Virus record (IMG/VR): IMGVR_UViG_2917870735_000002 | Origin: a virus | Taxonomy: Duplodnaviria > Heunggongvirae > Uroviricota > Caudoviricetes | DNA length: 31,520 nt | Reading direction: 5' to 3' (one strand) | Shown: positions 7,615 to 17,510 of the stretch, piece by piece | Layout of the letters: every line of letters starts with the position of its first letter | How positions within the stretch are numbered: position 1 is the stretch's first letter | Made by a program: the position numbers and the translations under genes | Notes under the pieces: generated by a model | What the model saw: only the letters and a program-made list of their open reading frames with translations | Told to the model about the DNA's origin: nothing | Database searches by the model: none

Positions 7615-8676
7615 TCATGCCGCACCTTTATCTATTGATTCTATGTAACTTAAATCAAAGTTTAGGTGCAACCTTTCCGGTATTTCGGGATCGTTGTTTA
7701 CGGCCAGCATGAAACGGCGCTGGATGGGGGCAATTTCGCTTTTCTTATAAATGCGTTCAGCCTTTTCAACATCCCCCAGTCCGGCAGTGTTCTGCGGGAC
7801 AATACCGGCGAGGCCGGCAGGGAAACGGTGCGCGTTCAGAATATCCTGGGCGCTGATGTTCTTGATGTTGGCAAATTCATCCTTAGCAGAAATATCACCC
7901 ATTTCAATGAATTTGATGGCGTCGCCGTCTCCACCGGGAATGTTTACAAGGATGGTGGAGAAGTTCCCGATCCCTTTGCTGTCACGCAGCTGCTGTTCAA
8001 TTTCTTCCTCCATTTCGTCCGTCATGCTGGGATCGCGGGTATAAAGAATTCCGCCTGTGTGTGCACCGTTGTGGTAGTAGCGGCGTCGGAAAATGACCGC
8101 TTCACTGTTAAGTAACGCGGAATGCACACCGCCGATGTAGTCCGGCAGTCCGTAGATATGCTGTTGAGGGTCATACATTTTGATAAAGATAATATCTTCT
8201 TCTGGCCATATCTGCGGTTCCCCTTCCTGTAACACTACGTAGTCACCGGGCTTATCCAGGGCGTTATCTCTGACTTTGCGGCGGCGTATATACAGACCGG
8301 GTAAGGGTTCAAGTGCGATCACGTCTCCCCAGCCGTTACGAATTTTGGCAATCGCAATATCCCCAAAGGTTATATAGTCATACGCTGCCGCTTCCAGCTG
8401 GTCGTGAATAAGTCCGCCACCCAAGTAATCTGAAACAATCATGTTTTTGCGGGCGTGAATGATGCCGCCGTGCTGACCGTTAAGATTAATCAGCTGTGCG
8501 AGTGCCAGCCGGTCAATCGGCTGGGTGAAGTGATCGGCGGCATTGTCGTACCAGATATCACGGTAATCTGTGCCGGTAGTCAGAACCGGTTCAGGTTTGC
8601 CGAATGTGATAATGCTCATCTTTTTTGATTTGTCGCCGCGCTGGTCGCGCTTAACAAAGCGTTTCTTTTTACTCAT
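7615..8676 (-). CDS. Q: portal protein (P2 gpQ family)
   Basis: 353 aa; conserved blocks (GLPDYIG...LNSEAVIFRRRYYHNGAHTGGILY; DILNAHRFPAGLAG...GDVEKAE) match P2 Q from memory. Start ATG overlaps terminase stop (ATGA). Confidence 0.92.
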   Translation of the reverse strand: MSKKKRFVKRDQRGDKSKKMSIITFGKPEPVLTTGTDYRDIWYDNAADHFTQPIDRLALAQLINLNGQHGGIIHARKNMIVSDYLGGGLIHDQLEAAAYDYITFGDIAIAKIRNGWGDVIALEPLPGLYIRRRKVRDNALDKPGDYVVLQEGEPQIWPEEDIIFIKMYDPQQHIYGLPDYIGGVHSALLNSEAVIFRRRYYHNGAHTGGILYTRDPSMTDEMEEEIEQQLRDSKGIGNFSTILVNIPGGDGDAIKFIEMGDISAKDEFANIKNISAQDILNAHRFPAGLAGIVPQNTAGLGDVEKAERIYKKSEIAPIQRRFMLAVNNDPEIPERLHLNFDLSYIESIDKGAA

Positions 8677-10448
8677 GCAGCCTCTTTCCTTACACCCCAG
8701 CGGGATTTAGGTTTGTTTTCATAGTTAAGGGGTTCGTTATGCAGACCGTGGGTAATCGCCCAGAACGCCTCCGCGTGGCCAGTATCCTGGCTGCGGTCAG
8801 CGACAAACGTCATGGCGTTGCCGCTTTGTGTGGTGGTTCGGCGCACAGACATAAAGCTGGCAGCGATCTCTTTCAGGTTTTTATCCCACTCAATACGTTG
8901 GCTTTCCACCACGTCCACCGCTTTCAGCACCAGTTGATTTTTGGTGTTCAGGTCGTAACGAATAGGGACGGCCACGCGCATGGCAAAATGCTGAATGTTG
9001 TCAAAAACACCTTGGCCAATGCCGGTAACGTCCACACCCAGATAAGTGAAGTTGTATTTTTTAACCAATTGCTCGATCTGTTTTGCCTGGTACCGGAAGT
9101 TCATGCCTTTCCAGTAAATCACCTTCAGAACGCGGAATTTCTCCACGGCGAGTATCGGCGGTGCGATGATGACAAAACAGGACAAATCACCGCTGCGAGC
9201 CGGGTCAAAGCCACCCCATACCGGCCTGTCACCAAATGGCCGCGCTGCATCAGGGTTGTGATCCTGCCAGGTGTCGATTTCAACACCGCAGGCTTCCAGA
9301 TCGGAAAAGCTGAAAACGGAATCTTTGCTGTCAACGAACACGCACATATAGAGCATGTTAAAAGTGGCGTCGTTGTAGCGGTTGCGAAGTTTCTCGATGT
9401 TCGCCAGGTTGAAACCGCCCGCAATGGCATCTCCCATCGTAATGACGTAGCGCCATTGCCCATCCGGGCAGAGTCGCCCGCCGTCACGCATTTCGTTAAA
9501 GGACGGAAACTTAATGGCCGCACGTTTTTTACTGCCTTGTTTCCACTCATCGCCCGTCCAGAACGGGTAAGCCTGGTGCGTTTTTGCCGATGGCGTTGAA
9601 AAATAGGTGATGCGCCACTTGTCATGTGTGGCCATTGCGCTGGCCACTTCGTTAAGTTTTGCAAAGTTTGGCACCCAGAAATATTCGTCACAGTACAGGT
9701 GGCCACTGTAGGACTGGGCGGTGTTTTTGTTGGTGGAGAGAAAACGCAGTTCTGCGCCGTTGCTTAAGCGGATCGGGTTGCCGGTTAGCGTAATACCGAA
9801 ATACTGCTCTGCAATATTCACGATGTAAGACCGGAACACTTCAGCCTGTGCTTTTGACGCTGACAGAAAGATTTGCGGATCGCCGGTCATCACCGCATTT
9901 TCAAACGCTTCAAACGCAAAATACCAGGTCGCACCGATCTGGCGGCTTTTCAGGATGTTCCTGACAAGCTGGCCAATGTTATTGCGCAGGTGTTTCTGAT
10001 ATTCAAAAAGATGTTCCTCAGCCCATGCGTCAAAGTCCTCCTGCGTCAGCGACGTAATATCGTTTTTCTTGTATTTCCGTTTGCTGCGTGGTTCGTCGTC
10101 ATTGTTGCCCCGCGCAGCTGCTTGCCCGGAACTCTGACCGCTGGCCATTTTCTCTTTGTGTTTATTACTCTGCGCACGCAGTTTCGTGGCATGAGCAATG
10201 AGCATGTCCATTTCTTTCAGGTCGAGATCGGTTTTGTTATCGCGGCTGGCCAGCAGCTGGTAACGGCGTTCAATTGCTTCCTCTGTGCTTTCAAAACTGA
10301 GCAAATCCGCCCAGCTGTATTTCTCCGCCCAGTAGTAAATGATCCGCGCATTCGGCAGATTTAATTCAGATGCGATTTCCTTTGGCGTATAGCGGCGCAG
10401 ATAAAGTGCGCGAACAACGCCTTTTAATTCTTCAGAGTATTTAGCCAT
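8673..10448 (-). CDS. P: terminase large (ATPase) subunit, P2 gpP family
   Basis: 591 aa, same length class as P2 gpP; divergent from O/N/M/L exactly as in P2; coupled to Q. Confidence 0.88.
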   Translation of the reverse strand: MAKYSEELKGVVRALYLRRYTPKEIASELNLPNARIIYYWAEKYSWADLLSFESTEEAIERRYQLLASRDNKTDLDLKEMDMLIAHATKLRAQSNKHKEKMASGQSSGQAAARGNNDDEPRSKRKYKKNDITSLTQEDFDAWAEEHLFEYQKHLRNNIGQLVRNILKSRQIGATWYFAFEAFENAVMTGDPQIFLSASKAQAEVFRSYIVNIAEQYFGITLTGNPIRLSNGAELRFLSTNKNTAQSYSGHLYCDEYFWVPNFAKLNEVASAMATHDKWRITYFSTPSAKTHQAYPFWTGDEWKQGSKKRAAIKFPSFNEMRDGGRLCPDGQWRYVITMGDAIAGGFNLANIEKLRNRYNDATFNMLYMCVFVDSKDSVFSFSDLEACGVEIDTWQDHNPDAARPFGDRPVWGGFDPARSGDLSCFVIIAPPILAVEKFRVLKVIYWKGMNFRYQAKQIEQLVKKYNFTYLGVDVTGIGQGVFDNIQHFAMRVAVPIRYDLNTKNQLVLKAVDVVESQRIEWDKNLKEIAASFMSVRRTTTQSGNAMTFVADRSQDTGHAEAFWAITHGLHNEPLNYENKPKSRWGVRKEAA

Positions 10449-10502
10449 GCGGATAATTATGCCGTGGCTGTGATGAAAAAACGGTGGTGTTAATTCGTGT
10501 CT

Positions 10503-10527
10503 GTTCGGTAAAGCGTTATAACCGAAC
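10503..10527. promoter_or_regulatory. dyad GTTCGGT-N11-ACCGAAC in divergent P/O late promoter region
   Basis: 7-bp perfect inverted arms, 11-bp spacer, in the 161-bp gap between P and O starts. Not the TGT-N12-ACA Ogr-site pattern I recall for P2. Confidence 0.35.
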
Positions 10528-10609
10528 TGTTCAGAATAAAGCGTAATGCGGTGGCGGTTTTATTTGGCAATAATTGATTTGCAGCGTCAGGGAGTGGAAC
10601 AGGGGGGAT

Positions 10610-11413
10610 ATGTCACATTTAAAAACTGACTGGCTGTGTGTTGCTACTGAAGGGGATACCGTTGATGGCAGGGTAATTAAACGGCAGTGGATCATTGATA
10701 TGGGGGAAACCTATGACTATAGCCACTATGTCGCTTTAATCTGGCCAGAACATGAGGATGATTGCGGGAATTTTGGTGAAGTGCTGGAAGCCACCTGGAA
10801 TGATGGTGAAGATGGACAGGCACGGTTATATGTCAGCCTTTGCCCGAATATGCGTCTGATTTTCGCAAATCATGAAGATCAGCTTTTGTTCTTCTCCATT
10901 GAGCCGGAAGATAACTGGCGCGGTAGCGGGCGTACTTACCTGAAAGGGCTGGCGGTAACAGATACACCTGCCAGCGTTGGCACCACACGGCTGCGCTTTA
11001 GTAGTCGGCGCAATAAATTAACAAAGCAGGGATATTACAGCTGTGTAATTTCCCGCGACGGAAAAATTAAACAGGAAGCAAGAATGAAGAACTGGCAGAA
11101 ACTGTTTGGTATTAAGCCAAAGTTTGAAGATGAAACGACGCAGGATAATCTTGCTCCGGATGAAGATAAATTACAGGCGCTTGCCAATGTGGTGAACGAT
11201 CTGGAAGCGCGAGTGGCGAAAATTGAAACTCAACTGAATGACGTTCAGGGTGATGTTGACACAATTGCTGAAGTGGTGGATACGCAGGAATTTGCGGCAA
11301 TTCGCGATAATGCAAAAGAAATCGTAACCCGCTTTAACGAACTGGGTAATAAAAACACCCGTACACCGGGGCGTACTATAAAAGATAAAGCCGGGAAATT
11401 TAATTTCCTGTAA
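10610..11413 (+). CDS. O: capsid scaffolding protein (P2 gpO family)
   Basis: Track ORF from 10574; ATG 10610 gives MSHLKTDWLCVATEGDTVDGRVIKRQ, matching P2 O N-terminus (VEGDTCDGRVI) as I recall, plus GLAVTDTPAS block. Long purine-rich G-run upstream. Confidence 0.82.
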   Translation: MSHLKTDWLCVATEGDTVDGRVIKRQWIIDMGETYDYSHYVALIWPEHEDDCGNFGEVLEATWNDGEDGQARLYVSLCPNMRLIFANHEDQLLFFSIEPEDNWRGSGRTYLKGLAVTDTPASVGTTRLRFSSRRNKLTKQGYYSCVISRDGKIKQEARMKNWQKLFGIKPKFEDETTQDNLAPDEDKLQALANVVNDLEARVAKIETQLNDVQGDVDTIAEVVDTQEFAAIRDNAKEIVTRFNELGNKNTRTPGRTIKDKAGKFNFL

Positions 11414-11475
11414 TTCGCTTTATTGCTAATTAGCCCAGAATATATTTTTAAATCGCTTAATTGCGAGGGAGTTTT

Positions 11476-12498
11476 ATGCACCTTAATAATCGTGCGCGGG
11501 ATTTACTGGATAAATATTCGGCGGGGATGGCGCAGCAGTTTGGTGCGCGTGATACCAGTCGATATTTTTCCCTGAATGACCCACAGGAAAATGCGCTGCG
11601 TCTTGCGTTGCTGGAGTCCGTCGAGTTCCTGAACATGATCACCTGTCTGGATGTTGACCAGCTGAGTGGCCAGGTGATCTCTGTCGGTTCCTCTGTGCTG
11701 CATACCGGCCGCAGCGAAAATGGCCGTTTCATTCGTCAGGTAGGCGTTGACGGTAATGACTATTCCCTGGTTGAAACAGACAGCTGTGCCGCGTTGCGCT
11801 GGGATCTGCTTTCTGTCTGGGCAAACGCCGGTAAGGACGAAAACGAGTTTTACAACCTGGTACAGGCATTCACCACGCAGGCTTTTGCGCTGGATATGTT
11901 GCGCATTGGTTTTAACGGTAAAAGTCGCGCGAAAACCACTGATCCGGAAACTAACCCGAACGGCGAGGATGTGAACGTTGGCTGGCATGAGCGTATGAAA
12001 ACGCTGCTGGGCGGCAATCAGATTATGACGGATGCCGTGGTGCTTGATGAGGCCGGGGATTACAAATCACTGGATGCAATGGCGTCCGATCTGATTAACG
12101 CCAAAATCCCGGCACAGTTCCGCAATGACCCGCGTCTGGTTGTTCTGGTTGGTGCCGATCTGGTCGCAGCTGAACAATACCGACTGTATCAGGCAGCAGA
12201 CCGTCCGACTGAAAAAATCGCGGCGCAGATGCTGGGAAGCACCATTGCTGGCCGTCCGGCTATTATCCCGCCGTTTATGCCGGGTAAACGCATGGTGGTT
12301 ACGCCGCTTTCTAACCTGCACATCTACACCCAGCGCAATACCCGTATGCGTAAGGCGGAGTTTGTTGAAGATCGTAAGCAGTTCGAAAACAAATACCTGC
12401 GCAATGAAGGTTACGCGGTGGAAGTGCCGGAGCTGTATGCGGCTATTGATGAATCCGCTGTGACAATCGGCAAAGTCTCCGAACCGGTGGAGGGTTGA
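11476..12498 (+). CDS. N: major capsid protein (P2 gpN family)
   Basis: Track ORF starts at TTG 11461; ATG 11476 with GAGGGAG upstream. Blocks IGFNGKSRAKTTDPETNP, VGWHERMK, GDYKSLDAM, DPRLVVLVG parallel P2 N from memory. Confidence 0.9.
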   Translation: MHLNNRARDLLDKYSAGMAQQFGARDTSRYFSLNDPQENALRLALLESVEFLNMITCLDVDQLSGQVISVGSSVLHTGRSENGRFIRQVGVDGNDYSLVETDSCAALRWDLLSVWANAGKDENEFYNLVQAFTTQAFALDMLRIGFNGKSRAKTTDPETNPNGEDVNVGWHERMKTLLGGNQIMTDAVVLDEAGDYKSLDAMASDLINAKIPAQFRNDPRLVVLVGADLVAAEQYRLYQAADRPTEKIAAQMLGSTIAGRPAIIPPFMPGKRMVVTPLSNLHIYTQRNTRMRKAEFVEDRKQFENKYLRNEGYAVEVPELYAAIDESAVTIGKVSEPVEG

Positions 12499-12501
12499 TA
12501 A

Positions 12502-13203
12502 ATGGCACTTTCCCCCGCGCAGCGTCACAGCCAGCGTATTGCGATGGAACAAAAGCTGAAGCGCAGCCAGGCACTGGAAACCACGGAAAGTATGCACCTG
12601 CTGGTCAGGGCGCTGGAAACTGATGTGGAATATATTCGAAGTCTGCCTACCATCGCCGAGCGCGTCGAGGACAAACGCAATGTGCTGTTGCCGCGCTGGG
12701 TTCCCACTGTGGAAGCCTATCTGGAGAGTGGCCAGGAGTATGCAAATCCGGTTTTCGCCTGGTGTGTTATCTGGCTGTTTGACGTGGGCGATCTGGATAA
12801 GGCGCTGGACTGGGCTGACATTGCTATCAGCCAGCAGCAGGCAACCCCGGATCGGTTACGCAGCAATTTTCCCACTTTCGTGGCGGATACGATGCTGGCA
12901 TGGGCGCAGGAAACCGCAGGGCGCGGGGAAAGTGTGGAGCCTTATTTCACCCGCACGTTTGAGCGGGTGGCAAACACCTGGCGACTGCATGAGCAGGTGA
13001 CGGCCAAATGGTTCAAGTTTGCCGGTCAGGAGTTGCTACGCAATGACGATGGCCAGAAAACGGCGGCGGGTGTGGATGATATTGAAACGCTGGAAAAAGC
13101 CGATCAGCTGCTGGCTATTGCAGAAAAACACTACTCAAAAATTGGCGTCAAAACGGCGCGGCAGACAATTGCCGCCCGTATCCGAAAACTGACTCAAGGG
13201 TAA
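12502..13203 (+). CDS. M: terminase small/endonuclease subunit (P2 gpM family)
   Basis: 233 aa; N-terminus MALSPAQRHSQRIA resembles P2 M (MTSPAQRH...); 3 bp after N stop. Confidence 0.8.
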   Translation: MALSPAQRHSQRIAMEQKLKRSQALETTESMHLLVRALETDVEYIRSLPTIAERVEDKRNVLLPRWVPTVEAYLESGQEYANPVFAWCVIWLFDVGDLDKALDWADIAISQQQATPDRLRSNFPTFVADTMLAWAQETAGRGESVEPYFTRTFERVANTWRLHEQVTAKWFKFAGQELLRNDDGQKTAAGVDDIETLEKADQLLAIAEKHYSKIGVKTARQTIAARIRKLTQG

Positions 13204-13248
13204 AGACTACCGCAAGCCAGGCGGACGCGGTGGAGGGCAGAACACCTT

Positions 13249-13752
13249 GTGTGTAACTGCGCCGTGGAAACCGGCCAGTCCGCCTTTTTCGGGGGATTTA
13301 TGTTTAGCGGAAAGCCGCTGGATTATCAGGATGAACCGCTGTCCAATAACGGATTCTGGCCAGATCTGAATCTGAAGGATTTTCAAGCGCAGCGGTCACT
13401 ACCGCCAGATATTGACGCTGACACCATCAGCCAGGCGTTGCTTGCAGCGGTGGCGGAGGTGAATGCGGAGCTGGAAAACGTGGAGTCCAGTTGGATAGCG
13501 AAAGGCTACACGCTGGCGGCAGAGGTACCAGGTGTAAAAATGGGCGGACTGAACAGCCTGTGCGCCCAGTATATGAAGGCCGTTTTTGCCAGGGCAAAAG
13601 CGGATCTGCTGGGGGAGTTCGCCACTATCGGGCGGCGCGATACTCATCCGGGACAGGAAAGTATGGAAACCCGAGCGGGGTTACTGGCTGAAGCATCGGT
13701 GGTGATCCGCCGTATGAAAGGGCTGAAACGGGCAACGGTGAAAAAAGTATGA
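13249..13752 (+). CDS. L: head completion/stabilisation protein (P2 gpL family)
   Basis: 167 aa from GTG 13249 (GGAGGG upstream); alternative ATG at 13300 with GGGGG upstream. GFWPDLNLKDF resembles the P2 L FFFPDIDPK block; length matches the 169-aa P2 L from the GTG start. Confidence 0.7.
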   Translation: MCNCAVETGQSAFFGGFMFSGKPLDYQDEPLSNNGFWPDLNLKDFQAQRSLPPDIDADTISQALLAAVAEVNAELENVESSWIAKGYTLAAEVPGVKMGGLNSLCAQYMKAVFARAKADLLGEFATIGRRDTHPGQESMETRAGLLAEASVVIRRMKGLKRATVKKV

Positions 13753-14255
13753 GCCAGACGCAGATCCAAAGCCTGACCACATTTTTTAAAGATAACGTCC
13801 CGCCCCGTGCGATGCAGTCATTTGACAGTGTGCTGGATGAGATGAAGTTCATCCCTGCGGCGAAGGATTACGGGCTGGGACAATATCGCCAGGCGGTTAT
13901 CCGATATGACGCGGTTCTGAGCTGGGAGCGTTTCCCGTATCGCCTTTGCCCGCCGCAGTTGCTTATGTCCTTACTGGCTGCGTGGCTGGATGATGCTGAC
14001 AGGGAACTAGTGGATGAAGTGGGGCTGAGTGAAGCTGAACCTGACTGGGATGTGTCGGTGGAGGATGAGGAAGTGGCCACTGTGGTGCTGACTGTTCCGA
14101 TGGTAGAAGAACTGGTGATCAGGCAGGACGAAAACGGGGCTATTCCGTGGCGGGGTGAGCGCTGGTCACTGGTTGAGCCTGAAATCTGGACGGCACTGAC
14201 CGCCAGTATTTACAGCGTGGATGAGGCCGGTGCGCCGGTGGGGGATAGCGAATGA
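13749..14255 (+). CDS. putative head-tail joining / tail completion protein (168 aa, acidic)
   Basis: ATG overlaps L stop (ATGA); located between head completion and virion morphogenesis genes. Function by position only. Confidence 0.45.
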   Translation: MSQTQIQSLTTFFKDNVPPRAMQSFDSVLDEMKFIPAAKDYGLGQYRQAVIRYDAVLSWERFPYRLCPPQLLMSLLAAWLDDADRELVDEVGLSEAEPDWDVSVEDEEVATVVLTVPMVEELVIRQDENGAIPWRGERWSLVEPEIWTALTASIYSVDEAGAPVGDSE

Positions 14256-14956
14256 TTGCTGGTGGCGAGCTGAATAAAAAACAGCTGGCCGAATTGCGCA
14301 AGGCACTGGCCAGCATGGAGCTGCCGCCGAGAAAACGGCAGCGTCTGATCTGGCGTCTGGCCAAATATGGCGTGATTGCTGCGGCAAAACGGCATGTGCG
14401 CAATCAGGAATCCCCGGATGGCAAGTGGCCGGGACGTAAGACAAAACGCAAAGGGAAGATGCTGCGCAACCTGCCAAAGCTGCTGCATATCCGTGAAATG
14501 CCAGAAATTCAGGCTGTGCGGATCTATTTACAGGGTGGTGGATACCGGAACGGGGAAGCGCCGGTACCAGCCGGAACGGTGGGGTACGCGCAACAAAACG
14601 GAATGCGCGTAAAGGTCAGCCGCAGTAATCAGCCACGGAAGGCAGAGGCCGGGAAAATGGCGACGCCTGCCCAGGCCAAAAAATTACGGGCGCTGGGGTA
14701 CCGGGTGAAAACCGGTAAGAGATGGAAAAAGCCCACACTGGGCGAAATCACCAAAACGATGCCATACAGCCAGTCGGGGCTGCTGATTCGAAAACTCAGT
14801 AGTAAAGCCGTGAAAACCAGCTGGACAGTGGATCTTCCTGCTCGTGTGTTTCTGGGCATGAATGATGATGAATTTGACAAGGCGCTGGCGCGTCAGCTTC
14901 AGGCCATCGGCTTTGGCTGGGACGTTAAGGCGCAGGATATTAAGGGGAAAGCATGA
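14252..14956 (+). CDS. phage virion morphogenesis protein (P2 gpS / Mu G-like family)
   Basis: 234 aa, basic; RKRQRLIWRLAKYGVIAAAKRHVRNQESPDGKWPGRK resembles the virion-morphogenesis family signature as I recall. ATGA coupling to upstream gene. Confidence 0.55.
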   Translation: MIAGGELNKKQLAELRKALASMELPPRKRQRLIWRLAKYGVIAAAKRHVRNQESPDGKWPGRKTKRKGKMLRNLPKLLHIREMPEIQAVRIYLQGGGYRNGEAPVPAGTVGYAQQNGMRVKVSRSNQPRKAEAGKMATPAQAKKLRALGYRVKTGKRWKKPTLGEITKTMPYSQSGLLIRKLSSKAVKTSWTVDLPARVFLGMNDDEFDKALARQLQAIGFGWDVKAQDIKGKA

Positions 14957-16080
14957 CCTGGCCAATTGTGACCGTAAACCAGGTAAATCAGCTGATGGGT
15001 GAAACCAATGAGGTGGAACGCACACTGCTGTTTATCGGCACGGGTACCAAAAATGTGGGGAAAACGCTGGCGGTGAATGCCCAGAGTGATTTTGATTCAC
15101 TGCTGGGCGAGGAAGCCAGCCCGCTGAAAAATGATGTTCTGGCTGCGCTGGCGAACGCTGGCCAGAACTGGTGGGGGTTCATTCACGTCCTGCCAGCTGA
15201 CGCGGAGGCGGACGCCTGGGTGAAAGCGGTTTTAGCCGCGCAGGTGGTGTGCTCTGTGGAAGGCGTGGTGCTGTCTGACGATGTCACTGCTAAAGCGCAA
15301 GTAAATCAGGCAGTGACGTTACGAACCACCCTGATTTCAAAGTATGGCCGCTGGGTGTGGTTCATTCTGGCCGCACAGGGAGTGCAGGACGAAGAAGCCC
15401 AGGCTGATTACTTGGTTCGCTTGGCCACTCTTCAGGATGGGGTTGCAGAAAAGTCGGTTCAGTTGGTTCCCCGGCTGTGGGGAAATGAACCGGGTGTGCT
15501 GGCTGGTCGTCTGTGTAGCTGTATGGTGACTATTGCAGATAGTCCGGCGAGGGTTAAAACCGGTGCGCTGATGAATTTGGGCAGTGACGAAATGCCGGTT
15601 GATGGTACCGGAGAAGTTCTTGAGTTGGCCACACTTCAGGCGCTGGAAGCACAGCGTTTCAGTGTGCCAATGTGGTACCCGGATTATGACGGTTTTTACT
15701 GGTCAGATGGCCGCACGTTGGACGTTGAGGGCGGCGATTATCAGTCGATTGAAACTTTGCGCGTCGCGGATAAAGCTGCCCGCCGTGTTCGTTTGCTGGC
15801 TATCAGTAAAATCGCTGATCGTTCGCTGAATAGCACGCCAGGAAGTATCGCCGCACATCAGACACTGTTCGCCAGTCCACTGCGCGAAATGTCTACTGCG
15901 GCCAGCATTAATGGGGTGTCATTTCCCGGAGAAGTGAAGCCGCCGCAGGATGGTGATGTATCCATTGTCTGGAAGAACAAAAAGGCAGTTGATATTTACA
16001 TTGTGGTACGTACCTGGGAAGTGCCACTGCAAATCACCATCAGCCTGTTACTGGATGCCAGTCTGGAGGCTATAGCATGA
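14953..16080 (+). CDS. putative contractile tail sheath protein
   Basis: 375 aa, immediately followed by a coupled 151-aa gene and upstream of chaperone and tape measure; size close to P2 FI. Assignment positional; sequence does not obviously match P2 FI. Confidence 0.5.
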   Translation: MTWPIVTVNQVNQLMGETNEVERTLLFIGTGTKNVGKTLAVNAQSDFDSLLGEEASPLKNDVLAALANAGQNWWGFIHVLPADAEADAWVKAVLAAQVVCSVEGVVLSDDVTAKAQVNQAVTLRTTLISKYGRWVWFILAAQGVQDEEAQADYLVRLATLQDGVAEKSVQLVPRLWGNEPGVLAGRLCSCMVTIADSPARVKTGALMNLGSDEMPVDGTGEVLELATLQALEAQRFSVPMWYPDYDGFYWSDGRTLDVEGGDYQSIETLRVADKAARRVRLLAISKIADRSLNSTPGSIAAHQTLFASPLREMSTAASINGVSFPGEVKPPQDGDVSIVWKNKKAVDIYIVVRTWEVPLQITISLLLDASLEAIA

Positions 16081-16532
16081 CCAAACGTATTTCAGGTATG
16101 TCGTTTGACACTTATATGGATGGCGAACTGATCCATATCGAGAAAATTACGCTCGATATTACGGATAACAGCGTTGCCGCCCAGACGCGTGGCGTCCCTG
16201 ATGGGTATGTAGATGGCGATGTTGCCGCCGAAGGGGAGATTGAAGTCAGTTCAAAAACTCTTCAGGTGCTGACAACCAAAGCCCGCGCAGCGGGTTCATG
16301 GCGCGGACTTCCACCACTTGATTTTCTTTTCTATGCCAAAGCCAGTAGCGAAGAAATGAAGGTGGAGACGTTCGGCAATAAATTGCAGGTCAGCAACCTG
16401 CTGGATATTGATCCGAAGGGGGGCGGCGTGACCACGCACAAAATCAAATATTTCGTGACCAGTCCTAAATTCGTCAACATTAACGGTGTGCCGTATCTGG
16501 AAGCGGAAGCTACAGAAAACCTGATCGGATAA
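16077..16532 (+). CDS. putative tail tube protein
   Basis: 151 aa, ATGA-coupled to the sheath-like gene; size in tail-tube range. Positional assignment. Confidence 0.5.
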   Translation: MTKRISGMSFDTYMDGELIHIEKITLDITDNSVAAQTRGVPDGYVDGDVAAEGEIEVSSKTLQVLTTKARAAGSWRGLPPLDFLFYAKASSEEMKVETFGNKLQVSNLLDIDPKGGGVTTHKIKYFVTSPKFVNINGVPYLEAEATENLIG

Positions 16533-16542
16533 GGACATCGCA

Positions 16543-16845
16543 ATGCAAGAACATGAAAAGAGTCTGTATTCACTGCTAGTTATTGGGGGATTGATTGCTG
16601 TCGGCAATGTGCTGAACAGCAATGACCCGATTACGCCCCGCCTGTTTGCTGGCCGTGTGATCCTGGGCAGTCTGGTTTCTGTGGTAGCAGGGACGGCGTT
16701 GATTCAGATCCCGGATGCCAGTCCGCTGGCCATTCAGGGGCTGGGGGCTGCGTTAGGGATCGCTGGGTATCAAGCGGTGGAAGTGTGGCTGCGCAGGCGT
16801 GCTGTGGGAAAGCAGGATGGGAGCAAAAATAATGACTCTCAGTGA
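16543..16845 (+). CDS. holin
   Basis: 100 aa; ATG 16543 with AAGGA upstream; three hydrophobic segments then charged tail RRRAVGKQDG; directly upstream of endolysin. Confidence 0.65.
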   Translation: MQEHEKSLYSLLVIGGLIAVGNVLNSNDPITPRLFAGRVILGSLVSVVAGTALIQIPDASPLAIQGLGAALGIAGYQAVEVWLRRRAVGKQDGSKNNDSQ

Positions 16846-17236
16846 AAAACAGCAATTGTTTACTGTCATGGTGGCCAATCTGATCCTCTGGGCAGAAGAA
16901 CATGGCTACCGACTGACATTCGGTGAGGCTTACCGTACACCAGAACAGGCTGCGCTGAACGAGAAGAAAGGCAGTGGTATTCCTAACAGTCTGCACACCC
17001 AGCGGTTGGCGGTGGATTTCAATCTGTTCGTGAACGGTCAGTACAAAACCCGTACAGAAGATTATCAGCACTGGGGGAATACTGGGAATCACTGGGTGGT
17101 TCCTGGGGCGGACGCTTCAAATCCAGACCTGATGGTAATCATTTCAGTCTGGAACATAACGGGGTGCGCTGATGAGCAGCGGGCAGTGGTTGGTTGTGGT
17201 GGCGCTGGCGTTTGTCTGGGGCTGGCTAACCGCTGA
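16832..17236 (+). CDS. endolysin, peptidase M15-like (134 aa)
   Basis: ATG 16832 with GGGAG 8 nt upstream (track ORF from GTG 16799). H-x6-D motif (SLHTQRLAVD) and downstream His (GNHW) consistent with M15 zinc peptidases. Confidence 0.68.
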   Translation: MTLSEKQQLFTVMVANLILWAEEHGYRLTFGEAYRTPEQAALNEKKGSGIPNSLHTQRLAVDFNLFVNGQYKTRTEDYQHWGNTGNHWVVPGADASNPDLMVIISVWNITGCADEQRAVVGCGGAGVCLGLANR

Positions 17237-17510
17237 CTGGCGGCGTGATAGCTTAGAGCTGGCAATCAATACAGCGGCGCAGGTGGCCGGTAATGAATCG
17301 CGAAAAGCAATGCAGGGTATTGCCAGTGATTCGGCCAGAGCGCTGGAAGATAAACTGGAGGCGTTAAAAAATGTGGCACCGCGAGAGATACGCACTGAAG
17401 TGCTTAAGCCTGTTTTTACCAGTCGTTGCCTGTCTGATGAGTTTGTCAGCATGTACAACCGTGCCGCAACCGGTACCGAACGTGCGTTATCAGGAAAATC
17501 TGAAAACTAA
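17172..17510 (+). CDS. i-spanin (Rz-like)
   Basis: 112 aa; N-terminal TM (WLVVVALAFVWGWLTA) followed by charged helical periplasmic region; overlaps endolysin 3' end and contains the o-spanin start. Confidence 0.65.
   Translation: MSSGQWLVVVALAFVWGWLTADWRRDSLELAINTAAQVAGNESRKAMQGIASDSARALEDKLEALKNVAPREIRTEVLKPVFTSRCLSDEFVSMYNRAATGTERALSGKSEN

Noticed and set aside
8739-9599. Long antisense or alternate-frame ORFs inside confidently assigned genes (for example 8739..9599 and 9125..9706 inside terminase, 18273..18977 inside tape measure, 11503..11988 and 12067..12597 inside capsid, 24457..24936, 7666..8115 inside portal)
   Set aside because: They are embedded in genes with clear homology-type signatures on the other strand or frame, lack convincing ribosome-binding sites, and are the expected shadow ORFs of GC-rich phage coding sequence.
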